From Octopus bimaculoides (lineage: Eukaryota): a stretch of DNA of 64,000 nucleotides. The position numbers and the translations under genes are program-made. Every line of letters starts with the position of its first letter. Positions within the stretch are counted from its first letter, which is position 1. Positions 11,862-21,292 of the stretch are shown here, in pieces. The stretch covers positions 80,880,849 to 80,944,848 of the forward strand of contig NC_068989.1 of the NCBI RefSeq assembly GCF_001194135.2, written 5' to 3'. The notes beneath the pieces were generated by a model. That model saw nothing but the letters and a program-made list of their open reading frames with translations. It did not search any database and had not been told where the DNA came from.

Positions 11862-12470
11862 AGCAGGCAGAACTGTTGTTGCATCAGACAAAATGCTTAG
11901 TAGCAGTTCTTTCGACATAACGTTCTGAGTTCTAATGTTGCTGAGGTCAGCTTTGCCTTTCATCTTTTCAAGGTTGATAAACCCCATTAAACACTAGGGA
12001 TCAATGTAATCAACTAGCCCCTACCCAAAAATTTTAGGCCTTGTGCCTATAATAGAAAGGATTATTACTATTACCATCCTCATTATTATTATTATTATGA
12101 AGGCAGCGAGCTGGCAGAATTGTTAGCACACCGGACAAAATGCTTAATGGTATTTTGCCTGTCACTGCGTTCTGAGTTCAAATTCTGCTGAGGTCGACTT
12201 TGCCTTTCATCCTTTCAGGGTCGATTAAATAAGTACCAGTTGAGTACTGGGGTTGATGTAATTGACTATCACCCCCAGCATCCCAAATTTCAGGCCTTGT
12301 GCCTAAAACGGAAAGGATTATTATTATTATCATTATTTTATTATCGTCATCATTATTAAGGTGACAAGCTGGCAGATCTGTTACAGTGCCAGACAAAATG
12401 CTTAGCAGTATTTCTTTTGACTCTACATTCCGAGTTCAAATGCTGCTGAGGTCAACTTTGCCTTTTCATT
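11862..12470 (+). mobile_element. Three tandem family D copies embedded in (ATT)n/(ATC)n tracts
   Basis: Head and core repeated at ~11865, 12100 and 12360. Confidence 0.8.
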
Positions 12471-12659
12471 TTATTCTGCAGCTGAGAGGGAAAAGGATAC
12501 CAGTGGGTATTTAGTCGTGTACCACTGTCAATTTTACCTAACTGCCCCCACCCTTGCCACAACCTTGTCCAATAATTTAGGGATTTGATACCAATGTATA
12601 ATTTTCACTGCTATAACTACATCAATTACAGGAAGTAGATTACACTGTATGGCATCCAG

Positions 12660-12870
12660 TCTGGAGGAGTATGTAGAGGAGGTTTAAAGAAGGTAGAAGA
12701 GGAAGAGAAAGTAGAGGAGGAAGCGGAGAGGAGGAAGAAGAGAAAGTAGAGGAAAAGACAGAGGAAGAGGCGGAGAGAAGGAAGAGAAGGCAAAGGAGGA
12801 TGAGAAGATAGAGGAAGGGAGGAGGAAGAGAAGGCAGAGGAGGAAAAGAAAGTGGAGGAGGAGGAAATAT
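12660..12870. repeat. Purine-rich (GAG/GAA) low-complexity tract; similar tracts at ~48120-48500 and 61080-61190
   Basis: Almost only G and A on the plus strand. Confidence 0.9.
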
Positions 12871-13994
12871 GATAGGGCACCACCACCACAAATTCCTGTG
12901 TCTGTGTTCCTTTAAATGCCAGACCTGTGACAAAGACATCGTCTAAATACAGATCTGTCATATAAAAGACTAGTTCATGTGGATGTTAACATGGATTTTA
13001 TATGAAAAAGCACAGCTTCTTACTAGCTTTGTTCTTATAAAGAGAGAGAGAGAGAGAGAGAGAGAGAAGCTGCAATAGATATATTGTCATTCAAGCTAAT
13101 TTTTAGAAGCCATGAAACAAACTAAAACCACCAATATCAGTCAAAGCAAATTAATGAAAGCTTCAGAAAAGATTACAACAGAGTTCTAAATATTTTTATT
13201 TTGAAGATTGTCTTTTGCTTTTCCTAGAAACTTTCTAAAATTTTTATTGTACTGAATGATATGTAAGACAACTTCCTTTTCTTACTTCTTAAGATGCCAT
13301 TTTTGTCCATGGAAAGATTTCAGCTCAACCCTATAAGCTAATAAATGAAATGAGGGAGCATCTATGTGGTCACCCAATTTGCAAGAAATAGAAGGCAAAT
13401 CTCTCTCAAATGACACCTTAAAGAAAGGAGATAGCATAGTCCTAGAGATCACTAAAAACTTTGATTTTTGGTTTGTATATCTGAAATCAACATTGGCTGG
13501 TCACAACTGGAACAAATTTGATCATAGCTCTAAACAGGAACCAAACAATGATGTGTTGAAATGATTAAAACAATACATACCACCCACCCACTTACCACTC
13601 ACTCATTACAATGGCTTCTGGCATAATTTATATGTAATACTAACACTTAAAATTATTTCCATTCCTATCTGTACTTATACCAAATTTGATGAAATGCTAT
13701 ACTCAGGAGTCAAAATACTTGGGAAAGTCCTGACACACAAAATCCTGTGCATAAATTAATTCACATAAAAACAAGCAACTTGCACACAGCAAAGAGAAAT
13801 TCAAACACGAAGAGCACAAACGTACTATACAAGCAAATCAGCGTGTGAACTGGAGGGTAAACATGGATAGGGGAAAAGCTAACAGCTTTGTTTAAGCAGG
13901 TGAATACAGCAGTGTATGGCACATATTGACATAAGGTATTGTGAAATAACTCAACATCAAGGAAGGCATTTTTGAGAATCTGTTTCTGGCTTAC

Positions 13995-14027
13995 CTTAGC
14001 CCTTTACGATGACGATTCCATCGATAG
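13995..14027 (-). CDS. 33-nt internal exon, probable exon 2 of gene A (S-YRWNRHRKGL-)
   Basis: Acceptor tactttgtttgtag| and donor AAG|GTAAGC. Only the phase-2 frame is open, which is the phase left by exon 18019-18644; the other two frames hit TAA. CpG-rich within an AT-rich intron. Confidence 0.55.
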
Positions 14028-15113
14028 CTACAAACAAAGTATTTTGTCAGGCACATGAAAAGCATCAATGATATAACGACTACATTTTCAATATAAAATA
14101 CCTTTGACTACATAACCCTTTGAATTCATAATTTAATTAGTCTTATTTCAAAAGCTCATATTTGTTAACCATTTTCAACAACCTTGAAATTTATTTAACC
14201 TAAGAAAACAATAAATATTTTGAGGATCAGTTGAAAAAAGATAGTGCTAACTGCCAGTCAATCATAAAGTCTAGGTGGACTTGCATTAGAGCTTTTGTTG
14301 TTTGTAACCAACTACCATCATTGTATTATAAAAACATCCTGCACAGTTTTATGGTTATGAAGTTTGCTTCACAACTACATGGTTTTGAAGTTCAGTCCCA
14401 CTGTGTAACACCTTTGGAAAGTGTCTTCTATTATATCTTGAACTAACTAATGACTTATGAGTGTGATAGCAAGACAAAAACTGCAAGGAAGCTCTGTGTG
14501 TGTGTGTGAGTATATATAACAAAGAATGAAGATGCATTATCAATAATTTATTTAGCTTACATATGTTTCAAACAGCTTAGCATAATGCAACCTTTTCACA
14601 TTGCAGTTTGCAGGTTTAGTCAGTCCTTCATTTGATCAATGAATTAGCTACAACTACAGAGCTACTAACTACTAAACTATTCTCCTCAAGGCTAACATAA
14701 TTTATACAAACACACACACACATGCATGCATGTGTGTGAGAGTGTATGTGTGAACATGAATGTCAATTCTATATGTTGTCATTATTACCATCTGAGCAAA
14801 AGGCAAAGGTATTTACTTTCTCCTTTCACAAACATTCCATTGTTCAATGGAGACAGGAAGACCAGGGGAATGCAAAAATTTCCTTACTTGAAAAACAAGT
14901 TAGAATCAGCAACAAAAGGAGCATCAGGTCATACAAAATCTCTTTCAACCACTTTTATGGGTGGGATTACAAAGTAGCTCTCTCTTTTGACTTGTTCAGC
15001 AACAATTCTCTACATAGCACAGAAATTATAGATAAAACGCTTTGCAGTATTTATTCAGAGTTCAAACCCTGCCAGAGTCAACTTTCATTCCTCCAGAGTT
15101 GAGGGGTTGCGCA

Positions 15114-15276
15114 GGTGCAGAAGTGGCTGTGCGGTAAGTAGTTGCTTACCAGCCACATGGTTCTGGGTTCATTCCCACTGCGTGGCATCTTGGGCAAGTG
15201 TCTTCTACTATAGCCTTGGGTCGACCAAAGCCTCGTGAGTGGATTTGGTAGACGGAAAACTGAAGGAAGCCCGTCG

Positions 15277-15357
<81 letters not shown>

Positions 15358-15540
15358 TTCTGTGTCTGTTCCCCCAGCATCGCTTGACAACCGATGCTGA
15401 TGTGTTTACGTCTCCGTAACTTAGCGGTTCGGCAAAAGAGACCAATAGAATAAGTCCTGGGGGTCGATTTGCTCGACTAAAGGTGGTGCTCCAGCATGGC
15501 CACAGTCAAATGACTGAAACAAGTGAAAGAGTAAAAGAGA
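15114..15540 (+). mobile_element. CORE-type SINE family C, full length
   Basis: Complete head, CORE block, long internal (TG)n, tail ending GAAAGAGTAAAAGAG. Confidence 0.9.
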
Positions 15541-15844
15541 GAGAGAGTCTGGTATTGGGTTTAATGGTATCAGCCTCCAAACTTCAAAACTGCTGGCCTT
15601 GCACCTAAATAAAGGACCACCTCTACCATCACCTTCATCATCATTATCATTATTCTTATTATTATTATTCCATCTTTGCATTCTGAATTCAAATTCTGCT
15701 GAGGTAGGATTTGCCTTTCATCCTTTTGGAGTCAATGAAATAAGCACCACCTGGGTACAGAAGTCGATATAATCAACTAGTGCCCTACCCAACCAAAATT
15801 TCAGGCCTTGTGCCTATAGTAGAAAGGATTATTATTATTATTTT

Positions 15845-16000
15845 CCTTTTTGTTCTCCTGGGTTATCTATGTCATGTCTCAGTTCCTTCTCACAGCTTAG
15901 AGAAGCAACACTTTTTCTCAACATGTGCTGTTCAAAATATTGCTGCCAACTGTGAACTTTGCTAGGTCTTCGTACTTCTCGACTTCCTTGCTCTATCTTT
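15845..16000 (-). mobile_element. Internally deleted R4/Dong-like 3' end flanked by (TAA)n
   Basis: KEVEKYEDLAK followed by a frameshifted QLAAI--TAHV-LRK-VL; (ATT)n tracts on both sides. Confidence 0.5.
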
Positions 16001-17399
16001 ATTATTATTATTATCGCTATCATCATCATCATCTATTTTAACATGGTTTAAGATCTTAATCAAATATATAGTACCTGATACCTTGGTTGCTTGTAGTGGA
16101 GTCCATGCTAATGCTATTGTAAGCACTTTGGACCAGGTCTTTGGACTGAGGATATTTTCATTCCCCCCCCCCCTCTACAAGCCCTGTAAAGAGTCACAGG
16201 CAGTTTCTTTCTTCCTGACTAACCAAAAAAAAAAAAATCATACAACTTCAGACAGAGAGTACCATTTGCAGGATGTTGGCAGTTCCAAGAAGTGCTGATT
16301 TATGTAAAGATACAATGTTGGATGTTATATTTAGCTCATTGATACAGGATTGTTGACTTGTTAGGAATGGAGCCAAGGGCATCAATTGCTACTGGCATTA
16401 ATCTAGTCGGTGTGTTTCACATTCTTGAAATTTCCAACCGATATTCCGAATAATTAACAATTTTCTTATGCTCTTTGCCAGCCATGTTGTGGGTCACCTG
16501 GAATGGCAACATCTTATAAAGTAACATTTTCATGCCTCTTCTCAACCTAAACAATATCCAGTCAATAAACTACTGCTTTATCTGTATGGCTACAAAATTC
16601 CCATAAAATTTCTGCACCTATATACACACCAACACAACCACACATGTCTATGTGTAGGTGCGTGTGTACACACATATGTTGAGCTTGTTTTAAGTTTCAT
16701 TTTAAGTATTTGTTTATTGTTGCATGGTACCTATTTATTACAATCAAGTCTTAAAAGTTTATTATGTTTATAATGCTTTTTTTTATTATTATAACTCTGA
16801 GATTTTCTAAAGTTTGATAGAATAGTTTGATATCAACCTACTTTCTGTTTTAATCATGTATTTCAGTAAAAAAATAGAAGTCAGTACTGAGATTGAGGGG
16901 TACAATTTGGTCCCAGTTGAATGGTCCCAGTTTGAATGTATGTTGGGATAGGCAGAAATATTTATGCTTCTAGCTTGGGTTCCAACCTCTCACACCACAC
17001 CACTCAACCCAGATCAAATTACAGCCCTCAATCTTGCCATCAACTTCTACTTTTAACCATTATAAACAGATGGCAAACTTCCAGATTTGCGAGTGGAATT
17101 AGAGGATAGAAACTGTACAGAAACCTGTCGTGTTGTGAGTGAGTTCACATGTCATTTCCTTTTCTTTATTCAAGACCTTCTAGGTTAAAAGCAGTGATGT
17201 CATGTTTTCATTCTCACTGAACAGTATGTCCAGAAGCTGTGTGCTTTCAAAGTTTAGAGGAATAAAAGTAAGAGTTGGCAACAGGAAGAGCATCTGGCTG
17301 TAAAATACAACCTCAAATGAATATCCATCCAACCCATTCCAGTACACAAAGAAAAGAGAGAACGGTCCATTTTAGGATAAAATTATATTGTATTTTAGT

Positions 17400-17727
17400 G
17401 AAGGCACATGGCTTAGTAGTTAGGGTGTTTGACTCACAACTGTAAGGTCTTGAGTTTGGTCCCTGGTGGCACAATGTGTCCTTGAGTAAAATGCTTCATT
17501 TCACATTGCACCAGTACACTCAGCCAGCAAAAATCAGTTTTACCTATATTTCAAAGGACCAGTCATGTCATGTTCTGTATTATGCTGGATCTCCCTTGGA
17601 ACTATATTATCGGTACATGTGTCAGTGGAGTGCTCAGCCACTTGCACATTAATTTCACAAGCAGGCTAGGCTATTCCATTGATCAAATCAACTAGCATAC
17701 TCATCGTTGTAACCAATGGGGTGCAAG
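17400..17727 (+). mobile_element. SINE family B (tRNA head, CORE-like centre, family-A 3' tail)
   Basis: GGCACATGGCTTAGTAGTTAGG head; GTGTCCTTGAGTAAAATGCTTCATTTCAC...CTCAGCCAGCAAAAAT centre; GTGGAGTGCTCAGCCACTTGCACATTAATTTCAC tail. Further copies at ~29327-29633(-), 45683-46005(-), 52120-52388(+), 59770-59968(-), 60278-60535(+), 61481-61655(+). Confidence 0.75.
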
Positions 17728-18018
17728 ATGAAAGTTAGTCAAGTATATTTTATTTGACGATATACAAAAGTGCACTTTTTCTTCTTTTTTTTTTTTCAAA
17801 AATAAGGTCTCAAAAAAATACCACCCCAAGTTCTATATGCAAAGTTGCTTTAAACATTACATGTTTTAATGCAGTAAAAACTTCTTTTTCTGAATATGCA
17901 CTGCTGAAGTAAGGGTGCATCTTATATGCCTGCATGTCTTTTATGCTATCAGCTACTGTAGATAGATACAATAGTGCAGATCTAAACACAAATTACAAAA
18001 TAACAGAATGGTACTTAC

Positions 18019-18644
18019 GAGGCATTCTTGGACTCTTGGTGAAGACGGCTATATTTTACATTGGCAACTGGCTTTTCACCTTCCATACGTAACAAAGGTC
18101 CCATCTCTGCACCAAGACTTTTCTTGGCATTTTCAAGAGCCCCTTGACCCAATCGCTGTGCGACAGGAGGATTTGGAATATTTTCATTGTTGCCATAGTT
18201 GTGGAACAAAATATCCACAGTGCCATGGTTTCGGTCAGCATAATGTTGAGCATCTTCGCCTTTCAGCTTTGGTATGGGACGATCAATGATATCTAACTCT
18301 CCATATTTATCCATTAGGTTACGCATAGCTTCACCTTTGTTGCTTTCAGCTGTACGAAAACTTTCACTTTGATTAACTACTGGAGGCTGGTTTTCAGAAC
18401 TGCTCAATCCACCACCCATTACTTCAGCCATGCATCCTTTATTAAGGTCATAATTGCGTTTAGCTTCTGCTGTTCGGAGACGTACGCCACCTCTAGGAGA
18501 AGCATCACCATTCTGTGTGTTGCTGGTACCAAATAAATTTCCAGTTCCATCACGGACTCTTAAAGCGTATGCTTGGGCTTCAGCACTGCGACGAGGATGA
18601 TTTTTTGATTTCAGTTTATATTCAGTTCCATTCATTGCAGACAT
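18019..18644 (-). CDS. First coding exon of an uncharacterised protein with five ~37-aa tandem repeats (gene A)
   Basis: Longest non-repetitive ORF in the window (208 codons + 2 nt). It ends exactly at a consensus donor CCTC|GTAAGTAC (GT 18018-18017). Strong upstream acceptor tttgtttccatttccag| (exon start 18702, 58-nt 5'UTR with an in-frame TGA before the ATG). GC/CpG content is higher than the flanks, and the internal protein periodicity is not explained by DNA repeats. Confidence 0.85.
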
Positions 18645-18896
18645 GTTGCTTTGTGGTCATTCAAAATATATTTAACAGCAGTAGAAAATGGAGATCAAAA
18701 TTCTGGAAATGGAAACAAATAAAGAGATAATTAAAATGACATTTTGAAAGAAAAAAGAAAAAAAACTATAATAGACAATTTGGTGACAAAAGGATTAACA
18801 GCTTGGTTGCATGCTTCAGATCCGGTTCAAGCCCACAGTCTCTGATCAATGGCTTTGTGGATCAAATTTGAGAGAAACTATACAAAGCCTAGGCAT

Positions 18897-18928
<32 letters not shown>

Positions 18929-19757
18929 AACACACACATAGAAATAGATTTACAGACAAATATCTGCTGGGGATTAATGAAATAAATAATTGTCAAATAC
19001 TACAATCAATATAATAGACAAGCTCTACCTTATGCCAATGATCAAAATTCCAGTTATCAGTATCAGCACACATAAATAAAGATAAGTCTAAATAAGAAGG
19101 CAATACACTTGATCCTAAAAAGGACTTCTGAGGCTGACAGGAGGGAATAAGGTACCCTCATACTAGAGACCTGACCTGAATGCTTGCAACAGCATGGCTA
19201 AGGTACCAGGTGGGAATATTAAACAGAATGATCATAGTGGGATTTGAACTCAGAAAGCAGAGCTGCAACAAATATTGCAAGGCATCCAGTCCAATATTCT
19301 TACACTTCTGATGCACTGTCCTGGATTGGTACTCTTTTTTTATCCACAGAGAAAAAAAAAAATGAAAGGCAAAGTTTGACCTGAACAGGAATTGAACTCG
19401 GACCGAATACCACAAAGCATGCATTCTATCTGATGCTCTTAACAGTCCTGCTAGCTTGCCCTAAGGAATGGAAATGTGCATCAGTGCAGTTCATGGTCAA
19501 TTTAAATTGCTGCAGGTTCGCACTTGTGGGAGTAGCAGAACTAGATTACAAAAGGATACATTTCTAGAGAAGTAATGATGGACAAAATGGTCACTACATT
19601 CTTGGAAAATTTAGGCAGCACGTGGGATAAGAGGAAGTTGGGTGCAGAGAGTGACCAAGAGTTATACATTGACAGGATTTTATTATTGCTGATGGAGTTT
19701 ATTTGTTAGTTCAGCCCCTAACCTGTCCTTTTAAAACAGCATTATGAACAAATGAGT

Positions 19758-20100
19758 GGAGGCACAATGGCCCAGTGGTTAGGGCAGCGGACTCACGGTC
19801 ATAGGATCGCGGTTTCGATTCCCAGACCGGGTGTTGTGAGTGTTTATTGAGCGAAAACACCTAAAGCTCCACGAGGCTCCGGCAGGGGATGGTGGCGAAC
19901 CCTGCTGTACTCTTTCACCACAACTTTCTCTCACTCTTTCTTCCTGTTTCTGTTGTGCCTGTAATTCAAAGGGTCAGCCTTGTTACACTGTGTCACACTG
20001 AATATCTCCGAGAACTACGTTAATTTCACGAGCAGGCTGTTCTGTTGATCGGATCAACTGGAACCCTCAACGTCGTAAGCGACGGAGTGCCAACAACAAC
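19758..20100 (+). mobile_element. SINE family A with a 42-nt internal deletion
   Basis: Head to (CAA)n tail. TSD ATGAACAAATGAGT / ATGATCAAATGAAT. The deletion lies between ACGTTAA direct repeats. Confidence 0.9.
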
Positions 20101-20500
20101 ATGATCAAATGAATTCCAAATATGACCAATGTATCATATTTTCAGACCGAACTTCCCTTTTATCTGATGTGCCCTTCTATTTTTTCAAACAGATGTTTTG
20201 AGGGAAATTTGGTTGCTATTTCTAAGAAGTTGAGTCATTGTGTAGAAATTCCAATTTTTGGCTTTGTAGGCTTTTATCTAAATGGAAATGGTAAAAGTGG
20301 ATTCTGTCATGATCTTTAGAAAGATACTAGTGAGAAAGAGGGAGAGAGTCAGACAAACTCTCAACATGAACAATGTACAATTTGGGTGGGAGAAACAGTT
20401 CAGCCATGATTTTATTGAAAGAATTACTCAAACTAGTTGACTTGAAATTCAATGAGTGTGTGTGTTTGTGTGCATGTTGTGGGAGGGTCGTTATGGCAAT

Positions 20501-20540
20501 AACACATGCACTGGTCCAATAACACATGCACTGGTCCAAT
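20501..20540. repeat. Perfect 20-bp tandem duplication
   Basis: AACACATGCACTGGTCCAAT x2. Confidence 0.95.
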
Positions 20541-20544
20541 ATCA

Positions 20545-20715
20545 CTTCTTTATTGTTAGTCAACTGGTTAAATATCTAAGCAACTAACTAATCAATCATT
20601 TGCTTAATGTGATAATTGAATGATCAGTTGGTTGTTAGTTAGTCAAAGTTCTTTCGTCGCTAGTCACGACCTTCTCAGTGACTTCCTTCTCTCTCCGAAG
20701 TCAAAGTAATATATA
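20545..20715 (-). mobile_element. Probable Penelope-like pseudo-LTR remnant
   Basis: Hammerhead-like motif followed on the minus strand by AATAAA (20549-20554). Boundaries approximate. Confidence 0.3.
20641..20683 (-). ncRNA. Hammerhead-like motif with non-canonical core
   Basis: AGTCA-CTGAGAAG-GTCG TGACTAG CGAC-GAAA-GAAC-TT-TGACT. Helix I and II are perfect; the core lacks a clean CUGAnGA register. Confidence 0.45.
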
Positions 20716-21188
20716 TATATATCATCTGTATTTTTTAATGCAACAAAAAAGTATATTGTTACTAGTGGGTGGCATCTGCAAAAGATTTAATTTTTAAAGA
20801 TCCTACACCTCTCTAACCGCCCAAAACAATTCTTAAAAAATAAATATGCTAACATTCCACATAGAGGAATTATGGTTAATGTAGATAAAGCAAGGAGCAG
20901 AAAGAAGAGACCCCAAATTGTGCGCAAGTAAAATATATATATATATATATACAAAAGTACACGTAACATAACAAGCATTTCTTTACGATATCAGCACAAC
21001 TACAGCTGACTCAGTTTGTAAAAAGGTTATCTTATATATCAACACCAGAAAATCATGTAACATAAAGGACAACAACAACAAAATTTGATAACACAGAGCT
21101 TATATCTAATTTCAAAGACTTTGTAGTTTTCTTTTCCAGCGTTTATCGTGAGTTAGAATTCAGAAGACAAATTAAAAACATTCACATT

Positions 21189-21292
21189 TTAAGAAATGTT
21201 AAAGGCAGGTCTGTGGGGTTGATACACAAAAGTCTTCAACTCTAGTTCCATCTCTGCAACTTTTGACTCGACAGCTCTGTTCAAAGAGTTAC
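21189..21292 (-). CDS. Candidate terminal coding exon (x-NSLNRAVESKVAEMELELKTFVYQPHRPAFNIS*), gene B
   Basis: Pyrimidine-rich acceptor ttgtcattgctgtag|. The frame is closed by TGA just upstream of the acceptor, then open for 33 codons to TAA. Heptad-like VESKVAEMELELKTF. Followed by ~450 nt of unique, UTR-like sequence with ATTAAA variants near 20786 and 20733. Confidence 0.45.

Noticed and set aside
18019-21292. Assigning gene A plus the 21189-21292 exon to ENKD1
   Set aside because: The C-terminus-like exon lies upstream of the N-terminus-like exon on the coding strand, and the similarities are short and recalled from memory.
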